Positions 38,983 to 49,923 of a stretch of DNA of 64,000 nt are shown piece by piece. Under the pieces are notes generated by a model. The model did not search any database and was not told where the DNA came from. It saw only the letters and a list, made by a program, of their open reading frames with translations. The position numbers were made by a program, and so were the translations under genes. This DNA comes from an uncultured bacterium (GTDB taxonomy: Bacteria > Actinomycetota > Actinomycetes > JAVEEB01), in contig CAXSDE010000001.1 of the NCBI GenBank assembly GCA_964236265.1, positions 84,614 to 148,613 of the forward strand. Direction: 5' to 3'. Every line of letters starts with the position of its first letter. Position 1 is the first letter of the stretch.

Positions 38983-39245
38983 TCAACGCCCCTCGCCGTC
39001 ACAACGCCAGGGTGAGAAACACGCTGTTGTCATCGAGCCGGTAGTCGGCGATCGTCCCGCACTCGACGAAGCCGTGCCGGAGGTAGAGCCGCCGCGCGGC
39101 CTCGAAGAAGTCCTGAGCGCCGGTCTCGAGGCTGACGCGCCCGTAGCCCCCGGCTACGCGCCTCGGCGAGCAGGTGCGTCAGCAGCCGGGTGGCGACCCC
39201 GCGCCCGGGACCTCGATACGCATGTGTCCTCCTTTGTCGGCTCAC
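38983..39245 (-). pseudogene. GNAT N-acetyltransferase remnant. The N-terminal half is missing, and there is a +1 frameshift in a C5/G5 homopolymer.
   Basis: One frame gives RGPGRGVATRLLTHLLAEARSRG (acetyl-CoA binding Q/RxxGxG/A motif). The C-terminal GYGRVSLETGAQDFFEAARRLYLRHGFVECGTIADYRLDDNSVFLTLAL* appears only after a 1-bp shift at ccccc (about 39150). Upstream of this the gene is replaced by 12-bp repeats. Confidence 0.5.
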
Positions 39246-39246
39246 G

Positions 39247-39318
39247 AAGCCCGGCCGTCGCCCGGCCGTCGCCCGGCCGTCGCCCGGCCGTCGCCCGGCC
39301 GAAGCCCGGCCGTCGCCC
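39247..39318. repeat. Tandem 12-bp repeat cccggccgtcgc, about 6 copies.
   Basis: Seen directly, abutting the truncated 5' end of the GNAT remnant. Confidence 0.85.
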
Positions 39319-39332
39319 CGACGTCGACGGAG

Positions 39333-40331
39333 TCAATCGGTGACCGCGTGGCGGCCGCGTCCGCCCGCGTTGAGCTGATCGATGATCGCGCCGATGTATT
39401 GCCGTCGGAACGCGGTCATCTTCGCCGAAAACGGCGGGAGCAGCAGCACGCCCGCAGCGGTGAGTGCGTCGGCTTCGTCGAGGGCCGCGAGCCAACGCTT
39501 CGCCGCACCGGCGTCGGCGTCGTGCATCAGCAGGTGCAGGGTCGTCTGCAGGTTGTGGTGGCGCGCAGCGCTGACTGTCTGGTTGAACATCTGTCGGCGC
39601 GGTTCGTGAAACTCCTCGTTGGCCCGTTGCAGCTGTCCGGCGAGTGCCAGAACGCCCGGCCCGGACCGTCTTGCGCTGTCGAGCAACGTCAGCTGCAGCT
39701 CACGCACGAGGTCGTCGGTGTGCGCCCGGCTCTCGAGCATTGCCTGCACGTCGATGTCGATGGCGACCTCGATGGCCTCATCGGGCAGGTGGTGCTTCGG
39801 CCACGGTTCGGCTCCCCACAGGTCGAGCAGATCCCCGTCGGCGTCCTCCGGCGTGGCTGCGGCCGGATGGTCGATCTGCGCCCACACGACTTTGCCGCTG
39901 TCGCCGAGCGGTTCGACGCCCCACGTGGCGCTGAGCCGCTGCACGAGAAGGAGCCCGCGGCCGCTCGTTGCGGTCGGCCGCACCGGAGTCCAGCGCGGCA
40001 GCTTGTCCGAGGCGTCCGTGACACTCAGGCGGACGCCGGCCCCGCATTCCTCGACGGACAAGGCCATCTCGGTGCGGGCATGGATGACCGCGTTCGCGAC
40101 CAACTCCGTCACGATGATGGCCGCGTCGTTCATCAGGTCCTCGCGGCCGACCTCGGACAGGGCCTTCGCCACCGCCTGCCGAGCGAGCTGCACACTCTCC
40201 GGCACTGGCGCCAGATGGAGCAACACGTGGCCGACCTCCGTCCCTCGCTCGTCCGTTCGCTGTGCGACGGAGCCTAACGCCGACCACCGGCGCAGCCTCG
40301 GCGGTGCAGCGACCCGCCGCCGGTCAATCAA
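39333..40331 (-). CDS. ATP-binding anti-sigma-factor-like protein (HATPase_c_2 N-terminal domain) with a roughly 190-aa C-terminal domain of unknown function. Start uncertain.
   Basis: ...LARQAVAKALSEVGREDLMNDAAIIVTELVANAVIHARTEMALSVEECGAGVRLSVTDAS...SGRGLLLVQRLSATWGVE... is the Bergerat-fold kinase signature. Confidence 0.55.
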   Translation of the reverse strand: MIDRRRVAAPPRLRRWSALGSVAQRTDERGTEVGHVLLHLAPVPESVQLARQAVAKALSEVGREDLMNDAAIIVTELVANAVIHARTEMALSVEECGAGVRLSVTDASDKLPRWTPVRPTATSGRGLLLVQRLSATWGVEPLGDSGKVVWAQIDHPAAATPEDADGDLLDLWGAEPWPKHHLPDEAIEVAIDIDVQAMLESRAHTDDLVRELQLTLLDSARRSGPGVLALAGQLQRANEEFHEPRRQMFNQTVSAARHHNLQTTLHLLMHDADAGAAKRWLAALDEADALTAAGVLLLPPFSAKMTAFRRQYIGAIIDQLNAGGRGRHAVTD

Positions 40332-40351
40332 GCGAAGGGGCCGCCTGGCAA

Positions 40352-41341
40352 TCAGGCGAAGGGCCCGCCCGGCGAGGCGAAGGCGTGGCCCGTCAGCAAT
40401 TCGTACGCCTCGAGGTATTTCTCCCTCGTCCGCGCGACGACGTCATCGGGCAGCGCCGGCAACGGAGAGACGCGATCCCAGCCGGACTCGTTGGCCAGCC
40501 AGTCCCGAAGGTATTGCTTGTCGAACGAGACCTGCGGCTCCCCCGGCCGCCAGGCCGCAGCGGGCCAGAACCGCGACGAGTCGGGCGTGAGCACCTCGTC
40601 GCCGAGCACCAGCGCACCGGCCGCGTCCCGGCCGAATTCCAGCTTGGTGTCCGCGATGATCACGCCGCGTGCCTCGGCGATGTCCGCCGCCGTCGCATAG
40701 ACGTCGAGCGTCAGCTCCTGCAGCTGCTGGGTCAGCTCGGCCCCGTGCCGCGCGGCCACCTGGGCGATCGAGACGTTCTCGTCGTGCGCACCGAGCTCCG
40801 CCTTCGTCGCGGGCGTGAAGATCGGCTCCGGCAGGCGGTCACCGTTGCGCAGCCCTGCCGGCAGCCGGTGCCCGCAGATCTCGCCGGTGCGCGCGTAGTC
40901 GCCGTACCCGCTCCCGGTCAGATAGCCGCGAGCGACGCACTCGACGGGGACCATCTCCAGCTTCTGGCACAGCATCGACCGCCCGCGCAGCGCGTCGGCG
41001 TAGGGCACCAGCACGGCCGGATAGTCGGCGACATCGGCGGTGATCACGTGATGGGCGACCACGCCCTCGAGCTGCGCGAACCACCACAGCGACAGGGCCG
41101 TGAGAATGGCGCCCTTGTCGGGGATCGGCGTCGAGAGGATTTCGTCGTACGCCGAGATACGGTCGCTGGCCACCACGAGGACGCGCGAGTCGTCGACCCG
41201 GTAGAGGTCACGGACCTTTCCCGAGTGCAGGTGCCGGTCGGCGAGGCCGGCGAGCGGCCCCGCGGCGGACGGCGCTGCGGATGGCGCGGATGGCGCGGCG
41301 GACAAGGGCGTAGTCGTCGCCGCGGACAAGGGCGTGGACAC
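40352..41341 (-). CDS. purC: SAICAR synthetase with an N-terminal Ser/Pro/Ala/Thr low-complexity extension. Start uncertain.
   Basis: ...HLHSGKVRDLYRVDDSRVLVVASDRISAYD...GVIIADTKLEFG... The N-terminal VSTPLSAATTTPLSAAPSAPSAAPSAAG is encoded by the gcggacaagggcgt x2 and gcggatggcgcg x2 repeats. Confidence 0.88.
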   Translation of the reverse strand: MSTPLSAATTTPLSAAPSAPSAAPSAAGPLAGLADRHLHSGKVRDLYRVDDSRVLVVASDRISAYDEILSTPIPDKGAILTALSLWWFAQLEGVVAHHVITADVADYPAVLVPYADALRGRSMLCQKLEMVPVECVARGYLTGSGYGDYARTGEICGHRLPAGLRNGDRLPEPIFTPATKAELGAHDENVSIAQVAARHGAELTQQLQELTLDVYATAADIAEARGVIIADTKLEFGRDAAGALVLGDEVLTPDSSRFWPAAAWRPGEPQVSFDKQYLRDWLANESGWDRVSPLPALPDDVVARTREKYLEAYELLTGHAFASPGGPFA

Positions 41342-41373
41342 TGCGGACCTCCGGCGCTGGGGACCCCCCGAGC

Positions 41374-44300
41374 TTATCGAGAGGCGGGCCGCGCGAGCGG
41401 CACGGCCGCCGACAACACTGCCGCCGCGACGTCGACAGCCGGGACGGGCCGGGAGAAGAGGAACCCCTGGCCGTAGGCGCAGCCGAACGACGCGAGCATC
41501 TCCCGCTCCGCGGCGTGCTCGATGCCCTCGGCGATCACATCGACGCCGAGGCTCGCGCCCATCATCACGATCGTGCGCGCCAGCTCGGCACTCCGCGAGC
41601 CGTTGCTCATCGCGACGACGAACGACCGGTCGATCTTCAGGCCGTCGATGCGGAACCGGTGCAGCGCGGCCAACGAGGAGTAACCGGTCCCGAAATCGTC
41701 GATGTGCACCTCGTGGCCGCGCTGGTGCATCGCCTCGACGATCCGTTCCGCGTGTCGGTCGTTGTGCATGATGACGCCCTCGGTGATTTCGAGGACGAGC
41801 GCTCGCGGCTCGAGAGCATGCTCCGCGATGCACGCGTCGAGGTGGGTGAGCACGCCCGCGTCCCAGAACTCCTTGTTGGACAGGTTGATGCTCACGGGCA
41901 GGCCGGCCGCGAGGTGGTTGTCGTCGCGCCAGCTCGCGACCTGGCGGCACGCCTCGTCGACCACCCAGCGGCCGATCGGCACGATGAGCGCCGTGTCCTC
42001 CGCGACCGGCAGGAACTCGCCCGGGGGCATGAGACCGCCTCGGCCGTCGGGCCAGCGGATGAGCGCTTCGAAGCCCCGCACCTCGCCGCTGGCGATGCTG
42101 ACGATCGGTTGGTAGTGGAGCTCGAAATCGCCGCGCTCGACGGCGACCCGCAGCTGCGTCTCGATCGACATCCGGTTGACGAGCCGCAGCCGCATCGTCG
42201 CGTCGAACGTCGCGTGCCTGCCCCGGCCGGCGGTCTTCGCCCGATACATGGCGATGTCCGCGTCGCGGAGCATGTCCTCGGCGCTCTCGTGCTGCTGTTG
42301 TGTGCTGGTGATCCCGATGCTCGCGGAGATCGTCACCAGGTGGCCGCCGATGTCGAACGGCACGGCCAGCGCTGCCTGCAGGCGCCGGGTGATGGCCGGC
42401 ACGTCGGCAGTCGACGCGAGGTCGTCGAGGACGATGACGAACTCGTCGCCACCGATCCGGGCGGCCGTGTCGCCGACGCGGACGAACGACTGCAGACGTT
42501 CGGCGACACCGATGAGCAACTTGTCGCCCGCGACATGGCCCAGGCTGTCGTTGATGACCTTGAACCCGTCGAGGTCGATGAACAGCACCGCGAAGCGGTA
42601 GCGGTCATGCCGCTTCGTGCGGCGGATGGCGACGCCGAGCCGGTCGAGCAGGAGCGCGCGGTTGGGCAGGTTGGTGAGGCTGTCGTAGAGGGCCTGGCGC
42701 CGCAGCCGGTCCTCGAGGGTGCGTCGGTCGTCGACGTCGGTGAGGGAGCCGACGATCCGCGTCACCGCGCCGCCGGTGGTGACAGCGAGGCCACGGCAAC
42801 GGATCCAGCGCGTGTCGCCGTCATCCGTGGTGATGCGGTGCTCGTAGTCGAGGCTGTCGGTGTGGCCCGCGACCTGCCGGTCGATGACGGCGCGCAGACC
42901 CGCTGCGTCGTCCGGGTGGACGCGGTTGAGCCAGGCGGTGATGTGCGTCGCGGGGACGGTGGTGCTGCCGAGGACAGCCAGACTGCGGTCGGAGTAGAAG
43001 ACGGTGCCGGTCGTCAGGTCCCAATCCCACAGGCCGTCGTTGGCGGCGGCCGCCGCGAGGGCATACCGCTGCTCGCTGCGCCCGATGTCGGCTGCCAGCC
43101 GCTGCTCGCGGTCCAGCGATTCGGCAAGGGACACCTGCTGGCTGCGCAGGGACTGCCAGACATCCTCGTGGTCGAGGGCGACGCCGACGAGGGCGGCCCA
43201 CTGGTGGAACGTCTCGTGTCCTGTCGCGTCCCGGTTTTCCACGGATGCCACGACCGCCAGGAGAGCGTCCTCGGTCCCGCCCGTCGTGATCGGGATGACG
43301 AGGACGATGCCATCGGGATGAGCGAGCGCCCGCTCGATCAGCGCCGCCGACGGGAAGTCACGCTCAGCGACATCGCTGCCGGCGAGTATCGACAGCTCGT
43401 CGGCCCGGTCGTACGCGCTGTGGATTCGCAGGACCGGGTCGCCGCTGTCGCTGCGCAGGGCCAGCACGCCCGCCTCGGCACTGGTGGCGCCGAGCCAGCT
43501 GAGGCCGCTGCCCAACCGCCCTCCGCGCAGGAGGGACATGCTCACCTCGTACTGCGTCGTCAGCGAGTCCTGCAGGTGCCGCCAACCGAGGAACTGCTCG
43601 CGCGCTCCCGCGCCGGCCAGGCCGAGGCTGACCTCGACGAGGAGCTCTTCGAGTCGGCGCTCCGGGTCCTCGACGAGGCTGATACCTGCCTCGGCCGCCG
43701 CGGCGAGCCAGCGGCGGGCGCCGTCGCGGAGCAGGCCCGTCACCTGGGCGAGGTCGTCGAGCGGACGGGTGACCGGCCACAGCTTGTCGACCGCGTCACG
43801 CAGGAGCCACAACGTGGCCTCGTCAGCGCTGCGAAGGGCACTCGTGAGAGCCTCGCCGAGCAGGCCGAGCACCGCGTCGCTGCCCTCGGCGGGCGTCGGC
43901 TGCGTCGCGAGCAACGCCCCGGCCAGCGGGCGGAGGGCGACCGCGCCGGCGGTGGCGTCGTGCGGAGCCGGCGTGCCGACGGGCCCCGCGTGGGCGCCCG
44001 CGCACCCACACGAGTGCCGCGCGATGAACCGCGTGGGGATCAGGTGGCACGCGTAGGCCTCCCCCGACCCGTCGATCTGGCGGATCAGCAGGTCGGCAGC
44101 GGCCCAGCCGATCCGTGCGAAGTCCTGTGCGACGGTCGACAGCGACGGCCGGGCGTGCCGGGCCTGATCACCGTCGTCGAACCCGACGATCGCCTGGCCC
44201 TGCGGCAGCAGGACACCCGCGGCGGCGAGCACCCGCATGATGCCGACCGCGTTGAGGTCGGTGCCGGCGACGACGGCGGTCGACGGCAGGCCGGCCGCGA

Positions 44301-44847
44301 GCATGCCGGCGCCCGCCGCCTCACCGCCCGCATGGACCATGTCGTCCACGTCGTACACGAGGCTGGGATCGAAGTCGATGCCGTGCTCGGCGAGCGCGGC
44401 AGTATAAGCGCGGAAGCGCTCGAGGATGTCGTGCTCCCGCAGCATTCCGGCGAAGGCGATGCGCCGGTGGCCGTGCTCGACGAGGTGGCGGACCACCTGC
44501 TCGATGCCGCCGGCGTTGTCCGGCAGGACGACGGGCGCAGGCAGTGTCGGCACCTGGTGACTGACCAGCACGACGGGCTTCCCGGCGTCGATGATCGAGT
44601 GGAGCGAGGCATCGCTGGCGGACGCGATGATCGACACGAAGCCGGTCACGTGGTCCCACCCGATCGGGCGGATCGGCGGCCACAGCTGGCTGTCGGGTGG
44701 CGCATCGGATCCCGCCGGCTGGCTCTGGAAGGCGACCGTGGCATAGCCGTCGGCGGCCGCGCGGGCACGGATTCCGTTGATCACGCCGCCGAAGTAGAAG
44801 CCACTGCCGTAGGGCGACAGCACGCCTATCGCCCGCAGCTTCGCCAT
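41374..44847 (-). CDS. Multidomain c-di-GMP signalling protein: HTH-less LacI-type periplasmic-binding-protein-like sugar-binding domain, then GAF/PAS region, then GGDEF (intact), then EAL (intact).
   Basis: 1157 aa from ATG 44847 (MAKLRAIGVLSPYGSGFYFGGVINGI...VVLVSHQ...RRIAFAGML..., a LacI-family ligand-binding core with no preceding HTH). ...RIGGDEFVIV... and ...FEALIRWPDG...DDFGTGYSSL. Confidence 0.85.
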   Translation of the reverse strand: MAKLRAIGVLSPYGSGFYFGGVINGIRARAAADGYATVAFQSQPAGSDAPPDSQLWPPIRPIGWDHVTGFVSIIASASDASLHSIIDAGKPVVLVSHQVPTLPAPVVLPDNAGGIEQVVRHLVEHGHRRIAFAGMLREHDILERFRAYTAALAEHGIDFDPSLVYDVDDMVHAGGEAAGAGMLAAGLPSTAVVAGTDLNAVGIMRVLAAAGVLLPQGQAIVGFDDGDQARHARPSLSTVAQDFARIGWAAADLLIRQIDGSGEAYACHLIPTRFIARHSCGCAGAHAGPVGTPAPHDATAGAVALRPLAGALLATQPTPAEGSDAVLGLLGEALTSALRSADEATLWLLRDAVDKLWPVTRPLDDLAQVTGLLRDGARRWLAAAAEAGISLVEDPERRLEELLVEVSLGLAGAGAREQFLGWRHLQDSLTTQYEVSMSLLRGGRLGSGLSWLGATSAEAGVLALRSDSGDPVLRIHSAYDRADELSILAGSDVAERDFPSAALIERALAHPDGIVLVIPITTGGTEDALLAVVASVENRDATGHETFHQWAALVGVALDHEDVWQSLRSQQVSLAESLDREQRLAADIGRSEQRYALAAAAANDGLWDWDLTTGTVFYSDRSLAVLGSTTVPATHITAWLNRVHPDDAAGLRAVIDRQVAGHTDSLDYEHRITTDDGDTRWIRCRGLAVTTGGAVTRIVGSLTDVDDRRTLEDRLRRQALYDSLTNLPNRALLLDRLGVAIRRTKRHDRYRFAVLFIDLDGFKVINDSLGHVAGDKLLIGVAERLQSFVRVGDTAARIGGDEFVIVLDDLASTADVPAITRRLQAALAVPFDIGGHLVTISASIGITSTQQQHESAEDMLRDADIAMYRAKTAGRGRHATFDATMRLRLVNRMSIETQLRVAVERGDFELHYQPIVSIASGEVRGFEALIRWPDGRGGLMPPGEFLPVAEDTALIVPIGRWVVDEACRQVASWRDDNHLAAGLPVSINLSNKEFWDAGVLTHLDACIAEHALEPRALVLEITEGVIMHNDRHAERIVEAMHQRGHEVHIDDFGTGYSSLAALHRFRIDGLKIDRSFVVAMSNGSRSAELARTIVMMGASLGVDVIAEGIEHAAEREMLASFGCAYGQGFLFSRPVPAVDVAAAVLSAAVPLARPASR

Positions 44848-44987
44848 GTGGCCCGTGCTCCGCCCAGTTGGAGTGTCGGAGTCCATATCGGCCGGACTAT
44901 TGCGGCGGTGAACATTCCACCGCTTCATTTCGCGCGGGCTGCGGTCGGCGTGCGGGAAGGCCGCCTCCCAGCCCGACGGGTGACGCG

Positions 44988-45671
44988 CTAGACCTGCGGG
45001 AGTCGCCCGCCGCCGCCCTGACCGTGCGCGCCGGTGTCGTAGGCGACCTGGCAGAAGCCGTGGTTGCAATAACCGCGCGGGTTCTTGGCCAGATATTGCT
45101 GGTGGTATTCCTCCGCGTAGAACCACGGCCCCGCTTCGGCGAAGGGGCGGATCTCCGTGGTGATGGCGCCGTACCCCGCCGCGCTCAACGCTGCCTGGTA
45201 ACGCACCTGTGACTCGCGGACGGCGGCAAGCTGCGCGTCGGTGGTCGGATAGATCGCGGTGCGGTATTGCGTGCCGCGGTCGCCGCCCTGACCGTTGAGC
45301 TGCGTCGGGTCGTGGTTTTCCCAGAACGCCTTCAGCAGCGTCTCGAGGTCGACCTTCGCCGGGTCGTAGACGATACGGACCGCCTCGGTGTGACCGGTGC
45401 GGCCCGTGCACGTCTCCTCGTACGTCGGGTGCGCCGTCACCCCGCCCGTGTAGCCGGCGGCCGTCGTGTAGACGCCCGGGATCTGCCAGAAGATCCGCTC
45501 GGCGCCCCAGAAACAGCCCATGCCGACGTACAACTCCTCGAAGCCGGCCGGGAACGGCTCGCCCATCGGCGTCCCGAGCACGAGGTGCGTCCCGGGCGTG
45601 TAGATCGGCGTCGTGCGGCCGGGCAGGGCGGAGTCAGCGGTCACGTCGGCGGCGTCACGGCGGAAGAACAT
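44988..45671 (-). CDS. msrA: Peptide-methionine (S)-S-oxide reductase.
   Basis: [28 protein letters not shown] active-site block. 227 aa with a roughly 45-aa N-terminal extension. Confidence 0.9.
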   Translation of the reverse strand: MFFRRDAADVTADSALPGRTTPIYTPGTHLVLGTPMGEPFPAGFEELYVGMGCFWGAERIFWQIPGVYTTAAGYTGGVTAHPTYEETCTGRTGHTEAVRIVYDPAKVDLETLLKAFWENHDPTQLNGQGGDRGTQYRTAIYPTTDAQLAAVRESQVRYQAALSAAGYGAITTEIRPFAEAGPWFYAEEYHQQYLAKNPRGYCNHGFCQVAYDTGAHGQGGGGRLPQV

Positions 45672-45744
45672 CAGGGCCTCCTGGTTGCGGTCTCGACAGG
45701 AGCAACGGCGCCTGTACGACGCTCTGTTCCGGCCGCGGCCTTAC

Positions 45745-45824
45745 GCAGAGGTGACGCTGTGCAGAGGTGACGCTGTTCAGAGGTGCCGCTATGCAGAAGT
45801 GACGCAATGCAGAGGTCACGCCGC
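45745..45824. repeat. Five tandem 16-bp direct repeats (gcagaggtgacgctgt; the first two are perfect) between the katE stop and the msrA start.
   Basis: Seen directly. They lie 74-153 bp upstream of the msrA ATG on the minus strand. Confidence 0.8.
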
Positions 45825-45851
45825 ACAGCCGCCGTCGCCGGAGCCCGCCGG

Positions 45852-47984
45852 TCACCCCGTGACGGGCACGACTCCTCGCCCCCACGCACGGTGCAACCCG
45901 ACGTGGCGGAGCAAATCCGCGACGAAGGCCGCCGACGGCTTGTCCGCGGTGACGATGCCGGGCGCGGTCAGGTCGACGCCGGCGTCGAGCAGCACCTGCT
46001 CGCCGGTGCCCCAGGCGGCGATCGCCTTGCCGTGCCGGAACGCTTCCTGCAGCAGCACATCGAGTTTCAGGTTGACGGTGCCGCCGGTGCCGCCGGCGAT
46101 GACCACCGCGTCGTACTCGATGGAACGGCTCGTCAGTAACGTCCGCTCGACCACGACCGTGCGCGAACCGGCCTTCAGCGTGCCGCCCATCGGGGCCAGC
46201 ACCCGCAGGACGGCGCCCTTCGCCTCTACGGCCTTCTGCAGGGCAGCCACGCCCGCCAGGTCCGCCCCGGGCGTCACGAAGACACCGATGACGCGGCCGG
46301 CGACGGGTCCGGGCACCGTGACCACCTGCGACAGGGCGGGCGACGGCACGATGTCAGTCGGGGGCGTGCCCGCGGGTGCCGGCATCCCCAGGCCCGCCGC
46401 GACCTGCGCACACAGGTCGGTGTCGATGTTGGCCAAGTTGGCCAGCATCCGTTGACGAACGGGCTCCTCGAAACATTTCCCGAGCTCGAATGTGAAGGCC
46501 TCCACGATGTGCGCCTGCTCGACCGGGGTCATGCTCGCGAAGAACAGGGCAGCCTGCGAGAAGTGGTCGTCGAAGGAGGCCGGCTTGCTCCGGACCTTCC
46601 CGCCCTCGACCGGCGTGGGGACGGTGACGTAGCCGCCGTCCGCGGCACTCACGCGCAGCGGCTTGTCCCCGTCGAGAGAGTTGGGGAGGTAGGGCGTGAC
46701 GCCCTCGTGCACCGCCGTCTGGTGCATGCCGTCACGCAAGTTGTCGTTGACCGGCGCGTGCGGGCGGTTGATGGGCAGCTGCGTGAAGTTGGGCCCGCCG
46801 AGTCGGGTGATCTGCGTGTCCAGGTAGGAGAACATGCGCGCCTGGAGCAGTGGGTCGTTGGTGAGCTGGATGCCGGGGACCAGGTGAGTGGTGCAGAAGG
46901 CCACCTGCTCCGTCTCGGCGAAGAAGTTGGTCGGGTTGCGATTGAGGACCAGGCGTCCGAGCGGTTGCACGGGTGCGAGCTCCTCGGGGACGAGCTTGGT
47001 CGGGTCGAGCAGGTCGATGCCGGCGAACGTCTCCTCCGGGATGTCCGGCATGACCTGCACTCCGAGCTCGTACTCGAAGAAAGCGCCGGCCTCGATGCCG
47101 TCGGCGAGGTCGCGGCGGTGGAAGTCGGGGTCGACGCCCATGGCGAGCTGCGCCTCTTCCCACACGAGCGAGTGAACGCCCGCGACAGGCTTCCAGTGGA
47201 ACTTCACGAGCGAGGTGGCGCCCTGGGCGTTCTCGAGGCGGAAGGTATGGACGCCGAAGCCTTCCATCGTGCGGAAGGAGCGCGGGATCGCCCGGTCGGA
47301 CATCGCCCACATGACGTGGTGCATCGCTTCCGTGTGCAGGCCGACGAAATCCCAGAACGTGTCGTGCGCCGTCGAAGCCTGCGGGATCTCGCGGTCCATG
47401 TGGGGCTTGGCCGCGTGGATCAGGTCGGGAAACTTGATGCCGTCCTGGATGAAGAACACGGGCATGTTGTTGCCGACCAGGTCGACGTTGCCCTCATCGG
47501 TGTAGAACTTCGTCGCGAACCCGCGGACATCACGCGCCGTGTCCGCCGACCCGCGCGAGCCCAGGACGGTCGAGAAGCGCACGTAGACGGGCGTCTCCCG
47601 GCCTTTGACTGCGAGGAACGGTGCCTTCGTGATAGCCGCCGCCGTCCCGTACGACGTGAAAATGCCGTGGGCAGCCGACCCGCGGGCGTGCACCACGCGC
47701 TCGGGAATGCGCTCGTGGTCGAAGTGGGTGATCTTCTCGCGGAAGTGGAAGTCCTCGAGCAGCGTCGGGCCGCGGACGCCGGCCTTCAGCGAGTGGTCGG
47801 TGTCGGTCAGCCGCAACCCCTGCGCGGTGGTGAGGGCGTCGCCGGCCTGCGCCCGGGCGTCCGGGCCGAGCAGCGTCGACGGCTCCGGCACGCCTGTCGG
47901 GCTGACCGGCTTCGGTGCACTCTGGTCGCTCTTCTTCCTCGGGGGCATCGACATCTCCAAACGCGAACGGGTGGGCACGGACAC
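45852..47984 (-). CDS. katE: Large-subunit (HPII-type) catalase with a C-terminal DJ-1/PfpI-like domain.
   Basis: 710 aa. ...FDHERIPERVVHARGSAAHGIF... haem-catalase core. The C-terminal ~150 aa is flavodoxin-like. Confidence 0.95.
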   Translation of the reverse strand: MSVPTRSRLEMSMPPRKKSDQSAPKPVSPTGVPEPSTLLGPDARAQAGDALTTAQGLRLTDTDHSLKAGVRGPTLLEDFHFREKITHFDHERIPERVVHARGSAAHGIFTSYGTAAAITKAPFLAVKGRETPVYVRFSTVLGSRGSADTARDVRGFATKFYTDEGNVDLVGNNMPVFFIQDGIKFPDLIHAAKPHMDREIPQASTAHDTFWDFVGLHTEAMHHVMWAMSDRAIPRSFRTMEGFGVHTFRLENAQGATSLVKFHWKPVAGVHSLVWEEAQLAMGVDPDFHRRDLADGIEAGAFFEYELGVQVMPDIPEETFAGIDLLDPTKLVPEELAPVQPLGRLVLNRNPTNFFAETEQVAFCTTHLVPGIQLTNDPLLQARMFSYLDTQITRLGGPNFTQLPINRPHAPVNDNLRDGMHQTAVHEGVTPYLPNSLDGDKPLRVSAADGGYVTVPTPVEGGKVRSKPASFDDHFSQAALFFASMTPVEQAHIVEAFTFELGKCFEEPVRQRMLANLANIDTDLCAQVAAGLGMPAPAGTPPTDIVPSPALSQVVTVPGPVAGRVIGVFVTPGADLAGVAALQKAVEAKGAVLRVLAPMGGTLKAGSRTVVVERTLLTSRSIEYDAVVIAGGTGGTVNLKLDVLLQEAFRHGKAIAAWGTGEQVLLDAGVDLTAPGIVTADKPSAAFVADLLRHVGLHRAWGRGVVPVTG

Positions 47985-48172
47985 ATTGCCCCGTATTGCC
48001 GCACCGACACCCCCGTGTTCGTCGGTCGCCGTCCTCCGTTCGGCCCATTGCCGGCTGCCCGCGGCCGCCGATGACAGGAGTGACCGATAAGGGCAAACCC
48101 GTCGTGAGGCGGGGACGCAAAGCCACGGGACCCATGGGGTCAGCCGGGCCGCCGAACCCGAAGGACATCACC

Positions 48173-48400
48173 ATGATCACTTTTCGTGATGCGCCGCCGA
48201 CCCAGTCGGTCCCGAATGTCGTCCGCCTCAACGCACGGAGCGCCCGCGCCACGCTCGAGGCCGTGGGCCTGACCGCGGTGTTCGTCGCGGATGGCCGCGC
48301 CCTCATCGACGCCCCCGCGGACGCCATCGTGCAGGTGCAGGTGCCCTCGGTCGGCCAGTACGCCAGCCCCGGCGCGGGGATCGCCCTCTACCTTTCGTAA
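48173..48400 (+). CDS. Small hypothetical protein with a PASTA-like fold (75 aa). Weakly supported.
   Basis: MITFRDAPPTQSVPNVVRLNARSARATLEAVGLTAVFVADG... resembles a single PASTA unit. Weak RBS. Convergent with purB. Confidence 0.3.
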   Translation: MITFRDAPPTQSVPNVVRLNARSARATLEAVGLTAVFVADGRALIDAPADAIVQVQVPSVGQYASPGAGIALYLS

Positions 48401-48458
48401 GCTCCCCGGTCGACGCGAGGTGGCGGTGTGGTTCGGCGTCCTGACAGTCGCCGCTGAC

Positions 48459-49766
<1,308 letters not shown>

Positions 49767-49923
49767 AGGGACAAGCCTTTCACTGCCTTGGTACGACGAC
49801 CGTGGGACGACGGGATGCCCCCATCCTCCCGCATCCCGCCCGGCGCCGGACGTTCGGCGCACGCCCGGACTGCTGCAGCGGAAGCGGCCTCGGGTGGCCA
49901 CTTCCGCTGCACGGGCGTGACAG

